The position numbers and the translations under genes were made by a program. Under the pieces are notes generated by a model. That model made no database searches, was not told the origin of the DNA, and saw only the letters and a program-made list of their open reading frames with translations. A stretch of 54,920 nt of DNA from Thermodesulfobacteriota bacterium (GTDB lineage Bacteria; Desulfobacterota; Desulfobacteria; Desulfobacterales; C00003060), in the NCBI GenBank assembly GCA_034189385.1, contig JAXHVD010000028.1, positions 1 to 54,920 of the forward strand, written 5' to 3'. Shown piece by piece: positions 45,343-54,920 of the stretch. Within the stretch, counting starts at the first letter, position 1. Every line of letters begins with the position of its first letter.

Positions 45343-46761
45343 ATGAGTGCCGAACAAGCAAAGTCATCTGCAAGAAAAATACTGCTGGTCGATGACGATC
45401 ATGACTTTCGCTGGGCAGTGGCCAATGTGCTGAAAGCGGCAGGCTACGACATCATTCAAGCGCAAGACGGTGAAGAAGCATTGAATATATTGGAAGAGGA
45501 CATTCCCAGCCTTGTCCTCCTGGACTACCGCATGCCTGGACCTGACGGGCTGGAGGTGGCGGCAGAAGTGAGGCATCGGATTCCGGCCGTGCCCATTGTC
45601 ATGATTACGGCCTACGCCGAAGTCAAATCAGCGGTGGCGGCTATGAAAATGGGCGTGTATGATTACATTACAAAACCGGTAGACAACAATGACCTTCTCT
45701 TTACGGTTAAACGGGCCATGGAAAAGCAGGATCTCGAACATGAGATTGAGCATTTGAAGGACCTTCTGAGTGAGCGCACCTCTCTTTTTGAACTCATGGG
45801 AAAGAGCGACGAGATCAAGAAGCTTGTCCAGCTCGTGGAGAAGGTTGCCCCCACTCCGTTTACCACCTTGATAGAAGGCGAGAGCGGTACGGGAAAAGAA
45901 CTGGTGGCCCGTGCCATTCACAATTTGAGTGAGAGTAGAGATGGCCCCTTTGTGGCAGTGGATTGTGGCGCGATCCCCGAAACCCTTATTGAGAGCGAGC
46001 TCTTTGGCTACATGAAGGGCGCTTTTACCGGTGCTCATGCCGATAAGCCTGGGCAGTTTGAATTGGCCCAGGGTGGAACTCTGTTTTTGGATGAGGTGGG
46101 CAATCTTTCCTACACGGCGCAACAGAAGCTCCTTCGGGCCATGCAGGAGCGCTGTATCCAAAGATTGGGGGCAAATGAACCTCGGCCCGTTCAGGTCCGG
46201 ATCATTGCAGCCACAAACCAATCTCTGGAAAAGGACGTAGACTCTGGAAGCTTCCGGTCTGACCTGTACTTCCGGCTAAAGGAATTTGTGATTAGAATCC
46301 CTGCGCTGAAAGACAGAAAAGAAGACATCCCCTACTTGACCAAAAAGTTCACGGACGAAGTGCAGGGAGAGCTTGAGAAAAAATGTCGAGGATTCACCAA
46401 AGAGGCCCTTGGCTCTTTGGTGGCATATCCATGGCCAGGGAACGTACGGGAGCTTCGAAACGTCATCCGCCAAGCTGTCCTCTTATCCGAGGAGGATGGC
46501 TTTGTGCAACCAGAGCACCTCATGGTGAACACCAGTTTAATACCTGACACGAGGGATCCAGACACGGGCCTTTCGCCCAAGATAGATTATCGTCACAGGT
46601 CCTTAAAGGAGATGGTCAAGTCAGTAACTGATAGCCTTGAAAGAAAGGCCATCGAGGAGGCACTCGATGAAGCAGCTGGAAACAAAAGTGAGGTGGCCAG
46701 AATCCTTGGCATGGATTACAAGACCTTGCTTAGAAAAATCAAGGCATATCACATCACGTGA
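45343..46761 (+). CDS. Sigma54-dependent response regulator (NtrC/AtoC type)
   Basis: REC domain with LLDY; GESGTGKE, GAFTGA, WPGNVREL; Fis-type HTH. Confidence 0.95.
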   Translation: MSAEQAKSSARKILLVDDDHDFRWAVANVLKAAGYDIIQAQDGEEALNILEEDIPSLVLLDYRMPGPDGLEVAAEVRHRIPAVPIVMITAYAEVKSAVAAMKMGVYDYITKPVDNNDLLFTVKRAMEKQDLEHEIEHLKDLLSERTSLFELMGKSDEIKKLVQLVEKVAPTPFTTLIEGESGTGKELVARAIHNLSESRDGPFVAVDCGAIPETLIESELFGYMKGAFTGAHADKPGQFELAQGGTLFLDEVGNLSYTAQQKLLRAMQERCIQRLGANEPRPVQVRIIAATNQSLEKDVDSGSFRSDLYFRLKEFVIRIPALKDRKEDIPYLTKKFTDEVQGELEKKCRGFTKEALGSLVAYPWPGNVRELRNVIRQAVLLSEEDGFVQPEHLMVNTSLIPDTRDPDTGLSPKIDYRHRSLKEMVKSVTDSLERKAIEEALDEAAGNKSEVARILGMDYKTLLRKIKAYHIT

Positions 46762-46971
46762 ACTGTTTTGTCGGCAGGTCTGCATGTTCAGTTCGTGAGG
46801 ATGCCTTCATCCCCATTGTAATCCCCACCCAAGCCGTTTCCCAGAGAAGACACACTCCCCCTGCCTTTCTTTCTGGCTGCCGGCCAAAGGCGCTTACGGC
46901 ATCCCCTGAAAGTGATGGAAGCATCGTGGGTAAAGGCGAGACCACCAGGCAAGGAAGCCGTTGTGTGTGGA

Positions 46972-47113
46972 GTATGGCATGAGCGCCATAATTGGGGTGG
47001 CAATGCCATACCACGGGCACCCCAAAACCCCTGTTTTCATGGTTCTCCTGATTTAGATATAGTAACAATATCAAGATGATGTAAAGATATCACTTTTTGG
47101 CATGATAAGTGCT
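46972..47113 (+). promoter_or_regulatory. Sigma54 promoter (-24/-12 at 47097-47113) with upstream palindromic enhancer-like sites
   Basis: TTGGCATGATAAGTGCT (GG-N10-GC); GTATGGCAT...ATGCCATAC inverted repeats at 46972-47011; AT-rich stretch between them. Confidence 0.65.
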
Positions 47114-47133
47114 CCATTCATCTTGCTGGCCCA

Positions 47134-47610
47134 GTGAATGTAAGAAGAAGAACGGGTATTAGGGACGTGAATAACCAAAATGACGTGCTCATTGTCGATG
47201 ATTCTCAAGACATGCTGAGGACAATGGCCAATGTGCTCGAAACGGCTGGCTTTACCGTTGATTCGGTGATGACTGGCGGGGGCGCTATCAAGAGACTTAG
47301 GCAATCACCGGAAATAAAACTAGTGATTCTCAACTTCTTGCTTCCGGACGCGAGCGGCCTGAGTGTGTTGAGGCAACTACGAGCAGATGGCTGCAAGGCC
47401 GCAGTCATAGGTACTTCCGCCTTGGATGTGGGGGAAGGCTTTGTGAAGGCCGGGGCCTTCGCATTTATGGAAAAACCTTTTGACATCAAAGAGCTTGTGA
47501 GACTTTGCAGGCAGGTGATGGCCTCCATAACGAAAACAAGACCAACGGGCAAGCACCCGACGGCCAACAGGCAAGGTCTTGATCCCGGCACAACGAAACT
47601 CCAAGGCTGA
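47134..47610 (+). CDS. Single-domain receiver protein lacking the phosphoacceptor Asp
   Basis: VLIVDD and KPF are present, but LVILNFLLP has Asn at the Asp position. Start probably ~47167. Confidence 0.8.
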   Translation: MNVRRRTGIRDVNNQNDVLIVDDSQDMLRTMANVLETAGFTVDSVMTGGGAIKRLRQSPEIKLVILNFLLPDASGLSVLRQLRADGCKAAVIGTSALDVGEGFVKAGAFAFMEKPFDIKELVRLCRQVMASITKTRPTGKHPTANRQGLDPGTTKLQG

Positions 47611-47633
47611 AGAACTGCTGGCCGATAAGGGCA

Positions 47634-48317
47634 TTGGAAACGATGAAGCGAGAAGACTTATCTCAAGCCCAAAAGGGCGAGCAACGTCGCCTGCTGATCG
47701 TAGACGATGACAAGGACTCTGCCGTCAGTGTCTTGAATATCCTCCAGTCCCGCGCCTACCAGGTTGAAATGTCCCACAGCGCCAAAGAGGCCCTGGAAAA
47801 GGTCAAGGGCTTCGATGCGCAGATAGTGCTTTTGTGTATGGGCCTGGGGCCCTCAGGCGGCATTTACCTCATGGACAAACTGAAGAAACTGCGTCCTGAG
47901 ATCGTCTGTGTGATGATGACCTCCCATGGGGCCACTGACGGAGCCATGGAAGCCCTTGAGAAGGGGGCTTATGAATGCCTCGAGAAGCCGGTGAATTCCA
48001 AAGCGTTGTTGGTGACCCTTGACAGGTGTTTTGAGAAGATACGGTTGACAAGGGAAAAAATAGAAGCAGAACAAGGGCTGAGGATCAGCAACCAGGAGCT
48101 GGAGGCCATGGGGACCACAGCCCGAGGCATTGTCCATGACTTCAACAACATCCTCAGCATTATTGTAGGAAATACAGAAATGGCCATGGGCGAGATTGCC
48201 GGGCATCATCCAGCCCAAGACAACCTAAAAAAAGTGTATGGGGCATGCCTGGAAGCAAGGGATTTGGTGGGACAGATAGCCAGTTTCAGCCACCTATCCT
48301 TTCCTCACGGCCCTTGA
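47634..48317 (+). CDS. Atypical receiver domain + HisKA (H-box) with no ATPase domain
   Basis: LLIVDDD; IVLLCMGL has Cys at the Asp position; GIVHDFNNILSII H-box; stop right after the dimerisation helices. Confidence 0.7.
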   Translation: METMKREDLSQAQKGEQRRLLIVDDDKDSAVSVLNILQSRAYQVEMSHSAKEALEKVKGFDAQIVLLCMGLGPSGGIYLMDKLKKLRPEIVCVMMTSHGATDGAMEALEKGAYECLEKPVNSKALLVTLDRCFEKIRLTREKIEAEQGLRISNQELEAMGTTARGIVHDFNNILSIIVGNTEMAMGEIAGHHPAQDNLKKVYGACLEARDLVGQIASFSHLSFPHGP

Positions 48318-48463
48318 TAAAGGCGCTCTCTTTACCTGCTGACCTTCCATCTCAATGGGTTGTTGCCCAAATCCCTTTTCGCTTGTTCTGAACCATCTTG
48401 GCAATTGGGGCAGCGACCAATAAACGAAGACACGAATGCTGTATCACCGATGGTTTAAAAGGC

Positions 48464-49996
48464 TCATGTGTCAAGTTCGGCCCGGTCGGTGGCACCGTGA
48501 GAGCCGTCCGTGGCCTCATCAAAGAGCCTAACGGCCTGCTGCAGGCGCTCTACCACGCGATCCTGCCCCACGGCGATCAGCACATCAAACAGCCCCGGGC
48601 CCTTGGGCTGACCTGTCACCGCCGCTCGGATGCCGTTGATCAGTATCCCGGCCTTCACGTCTAGTGCTTCGGCCAGATCGCGAATAACCCCCTCCGTTTC
48701 CTCAATGGTGAACACCTTTATGGCTTGCAGGCGGTCTGCCAGCAGAGGAAACCACTCTTTGAGCCCCTCGTGCTTCAGGATGTTCTTTTTTAAGGCCTTT
48801 GGGTCTATGGGGTAGTCGTCGGAAAAATAGGCCCTACCAAGGGTCACAAAATCGGTGGTCACATGATACCTGCTGCGAATAAGGTCCACTGTACTGAGAA
48901 ACCAGTCGCGCTTTGCCTCCTCAAAGGCGGGGTCCCATATCCCGGCTTTCTCCATCTCTTCCTTCACATACGGCTCGAGCTCCTCCAGAGGAAGGCTCCG
49001 CAGGTAATGGGTATTGATGCTGATAGCCTTTGGATCAGTAAAAAACTTTGGATCGTTTTTTCTCACATCAAAGACGGCATTTGCCCGATTGATCCCCTCT
49101 AGAGAAAACTGCTCGATCAATTCCTCCTTGGAAAAGATCTCCCGTGCATCAGGCGTGGACCATCCCAAAAGGGTCAGAAAATTCACAAATGCCCATGGTA
49201 GAAAACCGTGCTCCTTGTAGAAATGGACCGCAACCATTTCTCCGTGAGTCCGCTTGGAGATCTTGGCCTTCTTGGGATCCAAGGTAAGGGACATATGTGC
49301 AAACTTTGGAATCGGTGCGCCAAGGGCCTTGTATATCAGAATCTGTTTCGGAGTGTTTGCCAACCCATCCTGTCCGCGGATGACATGCGTAATCCTGTCT
49401 CGGATATCATCTACTGCATTGGAAAGGACATAGAGCGGCTGGCCATTGGACCGGACGATGACAAAATCCTCTATATCTTCATATCTCTTCTCAATAATGC
49501 CATACACCATGTCCTCGAAACTGACAAATCCTTCCCCTCGAGGGACCTTCAGACGGATCGTGTACGGCATGCCAGCCCCTTCCTTCTGGGCAATCTCCTC
49601 GGCGCTGAGGTGACGGCAAGTACCGTCGTACTGCAATGCAGCCTTCTTCTTACGAGCCTCGTTTCGCTTACGCTCAAGTTCGTCTTTCGTGCAGAAGCAC
49701 TTATATGCATGCCCCGATGCTACGAGCTCTTGAGCCGCTGCCACATGGTCTTTGATGAAGTGGGACTGGAAATAGGGACCTTCGTCCCAGCTGATCCCCA
49801 ACCATTTCAGCCCGTCAATGATCCCCTGGATCATTTCTTCAGACGACCGTTCTGCGTCCGTATCCTCAATTCTGAGGATGAATTTGCCTCCTGTTTTCTG
49901 AGCAAAAAGCCAATTATATATGGCTGTCCGGGCACCGCCAATATGAAGATATCCTGTGGGGCTTGGTGGAAAGCGAACGACTACTTCTTGTCCCAT
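48464..49996 (-). CDS. gltX: Glutamate--tRNA ligase
   Basis: RFPPSPTGYLHIGG, LRIEDTD, ITHVIRG, KISKR. Confidence 0.95.
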   Translation of the reverse strand: MGQEVVVRFPPSPTGYLHIGGARTAIYNWLFAQKTGGKFILRIEDTDAERSSEEMIQGIIDGLKWLGISWDEGPYFQSHFIKDHVAAAQELVASGHAYKCFCTKDELERKRNEARKKKAALQYDGTCRHLSAEEIAQKEGAGMPYTIRLKVPRGEGFVSFEDMVYGIIEKRYEDIEDFVIVRSNGQPLYVLSNAVDDIRDRITHVIRGQDGLANTPKQILIYKALGAPIPKFAHMSLTLDPKKAKISKRTHGEMVAVHFYKEHGFLPWAFVNFLTLLGWSTPDAREIFSKEELIEQFSLEGINRANAVFDVRKNDPKFFTDPKAISINTHYLRSLPLEELEPYVKEEMEKAGIWDPAFEEAKRDWFLSTVDLIRSRYHVTTDFVTLGRAYFSDDYPIDPKALKKNILKHEGLKEWFPLLADRLQAIKVFTIEETEGVIRDLAEALDVKAGILINGIRAAVTGQPKGPGLFDVLIAVGQDRVVERLQQAVRLFDEATDGSHGATDRAELDT

Positions 49997-50440
49997 CTAT
50001 TTATACCCTCTTGTCTGTCAGATTTTTTCTAAAAACGCCCTCATGTCCTGTCTCAGAAGCCCCTTCAAACAGTACGGTGTCGCCATCAAGCCATTTTCGG
50101 GACATCAGCTTCGCTCCACTGAATCACGAAATCGGGTTACCCCCCCAAACAGTTCATGATTCTTGGCACTTCACTCAGCTCACCCCTGATTCCGAACATG
50201 GGCAATGTGGCGCGGAAAAGGCTTTTGGCTACACACTGACTCATGACAGTTGTTTCTTTGACATGACACGAGTGCCATCTTCTTTCATTTCATCATAATC
50301 ACCGGTCATTCATTGCCTCTTGACTCCATGAGTCAGCATAGCATGTGTATGACGCAGGAGCAAACGCATTAATCCATCGTCTACGCCACATTTCTGGATG
50401 CCAAAAAGGAGAATCCGGCAGGAAGAAAATCATGGCGGGA

Positions 50441-50487
50441 AGAAAAAGAGACAGGCCCCTAGTGCGCACCCGCACACCAGGGGCCTG
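50441..50487 (-). terminator. Intrinsic terminator after the Lys-rich protein gene
   Basis: CAGGCCCCT...AGGGGCCTG stem followed by a TCTCTTTTTC run on the minus strand. Confidence 0.6.
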
Positions 50488-50557
50488 AGTTCAACAGCTG
50501 ACGAAGATGACCCCTCGTCTTTTTGTGTTATTTTCCAAAACCTAAAAAGTCACAACC

Positions 50558-50956
50558 TCAAGCGCCTATGTAAGCACCCCTGCCGGCCCTTTTGATCTTT
50601 CCCTGCTTAAAGGCTCTAAAGACAATATTCCTGATTTGCTTGTCTTCAAGCCCCGTCTTCTTGATGAGCGTGGGAACATCAATGCCTTTCTTCGACTTCT
50701 TGATAACCCCCAGCACTTGAGCAGTGGCTGTGGGCGCAGCCTTTTTCTTGGCCCCGACTTTCTTGGCCACCCTCTTGGCCGGCGCTTTCTTCGTCGGAGC
50801 CTTTCTTTTTGTTTTGGCCTTGGCTGCTGTTTTTCGCTTCTTGGCCCCTTGGGCCTTTTCCAGCTTGTCCACAGCCTTAATCAATTGGTCCGTCTTTTTT
50901 GCCAGACCCTTCAATTCCTTGGATACAGTCTGAAGCGCCTTTTTCACGATGGTCAT
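50558..50956 (-). CDS. Lys/Ala-rich basic protein with a C-terminal winged-helix-like domain (nucleoid-associated candidate)
   Basis: N-terminal coiled coil, KKAPAK-type linker, VLGVIKKSKKGIDVPTLIKKTGL...GKIKRAGRGAY. Confidence 0.75.
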   Translation of the reverse strand: MTIVKKALQTVSKELKGLAKKTDQLIKAVDKLEKAQGAKKRKTAAKAKTKRKAPTKKAPAKRVAKKVGAKKKAAPTATAQVLGVIKKSKKGIDVPTLIKKTGLEDKQIRNIVFRAFKQGKIKRAGRGAYIGA

Positions 50957-51527
50957 TCTGACTTCCTCCTCTTTTTTATTGTCTTAAAGCTCTTGTTTCT
51001 GTCTGCCTGCCTCTGGTCTCACGGCATCATAGGCACACTTTTTCCCTCTCGGTCTTGATGCAGTGCTGGCGTCATCTCACACAGTTTTCCCATAGGGCCG
51101 AGAGCTCTTATCACCTGGTCAACATCACCTGGACCCCACTGGCTTCAATTTTTGAAAAAGCGAGACGATGCCAAGGGGTCGCGCTTTTAAAAAGCGAGAG
51201 ACCCCTATCGATCTTTAATGGGCTCCGAATCATGAAGCACAGCATTAGGCACCTGTCACCATCAAAAGGCATTTGCATCTTATCTACTTGTTGACAGATC
51301 ACATTGCATAATGTGGTGACAGTTGCTGTTAAGTAAAATATTATAAACGATTTTGGAGGAAATGTCAACGAACCTTTGAGGTATCCATCTCGCTACTGGT
51401 GTCACCATCTGTCTGTAACACACTCGTGCCATCACAAGAGGAAGATGAAGCAATCAGCATTCTTAGTATACTCCGGCATGTCACCTTAACAACATGTGAC
51501 AGCTGGACCCTCGCTGCAATAGTTTTG

Positions 51528-52868
51528 TCATGTTCCGTCACTCTTTTTTAGAATGACAAAGTAGAGAGTCCCTTCACGCTTCATGTGACCCGCCGCGGTC
51601 TCAGCCGCTGAACCACTTCCCCAAAAAAGATCCACCCGACTAGGGCCTCTGATGGCTTCGCCTGTATCCTGATTGAGAACAAACCGACCAAAGGTCTGCC
51701 AAGACCGGATCGTGCCGTCTTCACTCACCAAAGGCTTCTGCGTCTGTATATAGGCAAGCCCAGCCTTGGGAAATAGCTGCGGATCAGTTGCCACAGAGCG
51801 ACCCGGTGTGAGTGGCACTTCAATGGCCCCTAAGGGACCTTGATCAACGATTCTAAAGAAGATATATCTTTGATTATGATTGAACACTCGCTCCATGTCC
51901 CGGGGGTGGCTTCTCAAATGTGCTGCTATCTGCTGCATGGACATGTCTTGCCTGGAAATGCTACCTTCGTCAATAAGCAACCTGCCAATGCTACGGTAAG
52001 GGCGTCCGTTGCTGCACTCGTAATTGATGTGCAATACCTTACCATTTTCGAGTAACACGCGGCCAGATCCCTGAATGTGGAGAAAGAAGAGGTCTATCTG
52101 ATCAGACACCCAAAGCAATTCCCCTCCCTTGTTGAGAAGACGGCCCTTGGCGTCAATATCTTCCCTTGTAAAATACGGTATGACGGTTTGATTGATATAT
52201 CGACCGACGATGCTGCGGTTTTTGTATTCGGGATTGAACAGGCCCAGATCAACGCGCACCCAATCGTCAGGCTTCCTGTAAACCGGATACGGATAATGAG
52301 GCGACGGTTGCAAACTGCCCTTAAGTGTGGGCTCGTAATATCCTGTGAACAAGGTCTGGCCACTGCCGTCACGTCCTCCAGCCCTATAGACAGAAAAAGA
52401 CTTTTCCATCGCTTCTCCAAACGAACTGGGGGACAAATCTTGTCCAGCAAGCTCAAGAAAGGCCTCCATTGAAGCACAGAGATGGGAGGCGGTGTATGTG
52501 TCTGGGCCAAAGCAGAAGGACGTTGAGGGCTGAAGACGCTTCACATAGTTGAGACTGCCATCAACGGCTCTTTTTAGAGAGCTGTACGACATATCGTCTG
52601 AGAAGTCTGGGAACTCATCAGGTCGAATTTTCACCAAGGTCTCTGGAATTGCCACGGGGGGCCTGATCTTCGGGGCGCAAGCGGTAAGAAGCAACAAGCA
52701 ACTTACCGCGACTAAATAGGCAGGCCAAAGGGCGGCAAAGGGATTTGACAGCCGCTTCTTACGCCCAGTCAACGACGCAAATGACCTCACTGCGCCCATG
52801 AGTGTCTTTAACATCCTTTTGCCTCCTTTATCTGCGGCCTTCTTGTCAAAAGGAGTTAACTCGAACAC
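51528..52868 (-). CDS. mltA: Membrane-bound lytic murein transglycosylase A
   Basis: FTGYYEP, FFLHIQGSG, QDTG.AI.G..RVDLFWG; lipobox LTAC. True start probably downstream of 52868. Confidence 0.93.
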   Translation of the reverse strand: MFELTPFDKKAADKGGKRMLKTLMGAVRSFASLTGRKKRLSNPFAALWPAYLVAVSCLLLLTACAPKIRPPVAIPETLVKIRPDEFPDFSDDMSYSSLKRAVDGSLNYVKRLQPSTSFCFGPDTYTASHLCASMEAFLELAGQDLSPSSFGEAMEKSFSVYRAGGRDGSGQTLFTGYYEPTLKGSLQPSPHYPYPVYRKPDDWVRVDLGLFNPEYKNRSIVGRYINQTVIPYFTREDIDAKGRLLNKGGELLWVSDQIDLFFLHIQGSGRVLLENGKVLHINYECSNGRPYRSIGRLLIDEGSISRQDMSMQQIAAHLRSHPRDMERVFNHNQRYIFFRIVDQGPLGAIEVPLTPGRSVATDPQLFPKAGLAYIQTQKPLVSEDGTIRSWQTFGRFVLNQDTGEAIRGPSRVDLFWGSGSAAETAAGHMKREGTLYFVILKKSDGT

Positions 52869-54494
52869 CTATCCCACAAAGGGGCGACGCAGAATCGTGT
52901 CTTTGAGCCAGAACCGGTCATCCTTTTCAGGGTATTGGATATTATAGTGGAGACCCCGGCTTTCCTTCCTCAGTATGGCACCTTGGATGATAAGCTCGGC
53001 CAACGTGGCAATGTTTCGGAGTTCAATCAAATCCGAGGTGATTCTGAAATCCCAATAGTATTCATGAATCTCTTTTTGGATATTCTCTATGCGGTGCTGT
53101 GCCCTCAACAGGCGTCTGTTAGATCGCACGATTCCCACGTAGTTCCACATGAACCGTCGAATCTCATCCCAGTTGTGGGAAACGACAATGGCTTCATCGC
53201 TGTCTGCGGTGCCCATAGGGTCCCAGGGAGGCAAATCACCGCAAACCTCGATGTCCGTTGACTGTAGCTCCCTGACAGCCTTCTGTGCTGCACGGTGTGC
53301 ATAGACCAAGGCCTCTAATAAGGAATTGCTGGCCAGCCGGTTTGCACCATGGAGTCCAGTGCATGCCGTCTCTCCAACGGCATAAAGCCTTTTTATGTCT
53401 GTCTTGCCGTCCATGTCCACCAGCACCCCGCCACAGATATAGTGTGCTGCAGGAACGACAGGGATCGGCTCCTTGGTCATGTCTATGCCAAAAGAAAGGC
53501 ATTTTTGATAGATATTGGGAAACCGCTCTCTCACAAGGTCAGCCTCTTTGTGGGTAATGTCCAGAAACACGCAGTCGGCTCCACTCTTTTTCAGCTCGTG
53601 ATCGATGGCGCGTGCCACCACATCCCGACAGGCCAAGTCTTCTTTGCTGTCATAGTCCTTCATGAAGGCGCGGCCTTTGAGATCAATCAGGACCCCACCT
53701 TCTCCCCTGACTGCCTCTGAAATAAGAAAGTTCTTTGCCTCAGGATGATAAAGGCACGTTGGATGAAATTGGACAAATTCCAGATTGGCCACCAACGCCC
53801 CCGCCCTGTAAGCCATAGAAATGCCGTCGCCTGTGGCGACGTCGGGATTGCTGGTGTAAAGATAGACCTTGCCTGCCCCTCCTGTGGCCAGCAAAGTGAG
53901 TTTGGTACGGAAGGTGTGAACCTCGTTGGTTTCGGAAGACAGCACGTATGCACCGCAACACAGGTCCTCATGGGCTGCTGTTACGACCCCCCGCTTGACC
54001 CTAGTAGAGTAGGTAATCAAATCAACGGCAATGTGGTTTTCGAAAAGGCCGATGTTCCCATGACTTCTCACGCGTTCCAAGAGCACCTGCTCGATCACCT
54101 GGCCGGTGAAGTCGCCGGCATGGACAATCCTTTTCTGGGAATGTCCCCCCTCAAGTCCGAGATCAAGCTCCAGGTTGCCGGTATGATCGCGACTGAAAGC
54201 AACGCCCCAGTCCATGAGTTCTCGTATGCGTGCTGGCCCGTCCCTTATCACCATTTCCACAACGTCTCGCTTGCACAAGCCATCACCAGACTGCAAGGTG
54301 TCGCGCACGTGAAGCTCAAAGGAATCGTACTTCCCTAGGACAGAGGCAATCCCTCCCTGTGCATAGTTGGTATTGGTTTCGGCGGCTTCCTTTTTGGTGA
54401 TGATGGCCACCTGCCCAAACTCGGCCACTTTAAGGGCAAAGGTCAAACCTGCGATGCCAGTCCCTATGACCAGAAAATCAACGTCATATTGCAT
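52869..54494 (-). CDS. nadB: L-aspartate oxidase
   Basis: IGTGIAGL, AQGGIA, EGGHS, QFHPT, SEAVRGEG, HGANRLASNSLLE, ESRGLH. Confidence 0.96.
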   Translation of the reverse strand: MQYDVDFLVIGTGIAGLTFALKVAEFGQVAIITKKEAAETNTNYAQGGIASVLGKYDSFELHVRDTLQSGDGLCKRDVVEMVIRDGPARIRELMDWGVAFSRDHTGNLELDLGLEGGHSQKRIVHAGDFTGQVIEQVLLERVRSHGNIGLFENHIAVDLITYSTRVKRGVVTAAHEDLCCGAYVLSSETNEVHTFRTKLTLLATGGAGKVYLYTSNPDVATGDGISMAYRAGALVANLEFVQFHPTCLYHPEAKNFLISEAVRGEGGVLIDLKGRAFMKDYDSKEDLACRDVVARAIDHELKKSGADCVFLDITHKEADLVRERFPNIYQKCLSFGIDMTKEPIPVVPAAHYICGGVLVDMDGKTDIKRLYAVGETACTGLHGANRLASNSLLEALVYAHRAAQKAVRELQSTDIEVCGDLPPWDPMGTADSDEAIVVSHNWDEIRRFMWNYVGIVRSNRRLLRAQHRIENIQKEIHEYYWDFRITSDLIELRNIATLAELIIQGAILRKESRGLHYNIQYPEKDDRFWLKDTILRRPFVG

Positions 54495-54920
54495 GGTTCA
54501 TTCCTTTGATATGATTCATTGTTGTCTTTTTCCCTCAGAGCCCCCCAAATAAAATGGCGCCCCTTCCGTCCCCATGGTGACCGTGGCCCAGCCCCGTCCA
54601 CTTAGAAGGAACCTAGGGTCATTATGGATGGAGACTATGCCGAAGGGCTTTGGACATTAGCTCATTGATGTCTTGTGGCCGAGGAACAAGTCACAGAGAC
54701 TTGCACGTTATCTGGGGAAGAGTCTACTTCACATGAATCGTGTCTTGGGGCGAATCCTGCTCAAAGAATAAGATTATTGAAATCACCGGTTAAATGTTAG
54801 TGGCTCTTCTCCGATTTAGTTGTAGCTAATAAGGGAAAAATGCTGTGAGATCAAACAGAATGGACATCCGGTATCTCCAAGGGTATGAGTTCGTCTGCGA
54901 AGAAAAACCATATCCAAAGG

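Noticed and set aside
51158..51175. Sigma54 promoter for the basic protein gene
   Set aside because: GG-to-GC spacing is 9 nt, not 10.
11350..54338. Many antisense or alternate-frame ORFs in the track (e.g. 11350-11895, 13587-14297, 49208-50032, 53745-54338)
   Set aside because: They lie over well-supported genes and show no motifs; treated as shadow ORFs.
1..54920. CRISPR array or cas genes
   Set aside because: No run of three or more regularly spaced repeats and no Cas motifs seen. The 58-bp pair at 5110-5315 has only two copies.

Overview
Bacterial chromosome segment. Gene content and order (kdsA-lptCAB-rpoN-hpf-ptsN-rapZ-EIIA-tpiA-secG-tRNA-Leu; liv/paaK cluster; sigma54 regulators) suggest a Desulfobacterota-type genome, which is an inference. 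The window has two parts. (1) About 1-21.5 kb is an accessory defence island starting at the 3' end of tRNA-Leu(GAG), almost all on the minus strand. It contains hicB plus a frameshifted hicA, a RelE/ParE toxin-antitoxin pair, and a type I restriction-modification operon led by a DUF3644-like HEPN gene, with an extra PD-(D/E)XK nuclease between hsdS and hsdR. It also holds a translationally coupled SIR2 + 980-aa helical protein + GNAT module (best candidate for an undescribed anti-phage system), an AIPR gene followed by an integron attC site, a GGCT-HEPN fusion, two dead copies of a small Zn-ribbon gene, and nested IS3 ends. (2) About 21.5-54.9 kb is mostly housekeeping. Notable items there are a MITE-like hairpin element in front of a liv operon with no permease genes, a DUF89/ARMT1 protein with a nucleoside-deoxyribosyltransferase-like C-terminal domain, and a sigma54 promoter ahead of two receiver proteins lacking the phosphoacceptor Asp. 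All family calls come from motif recognition by eye; no database searches were run.
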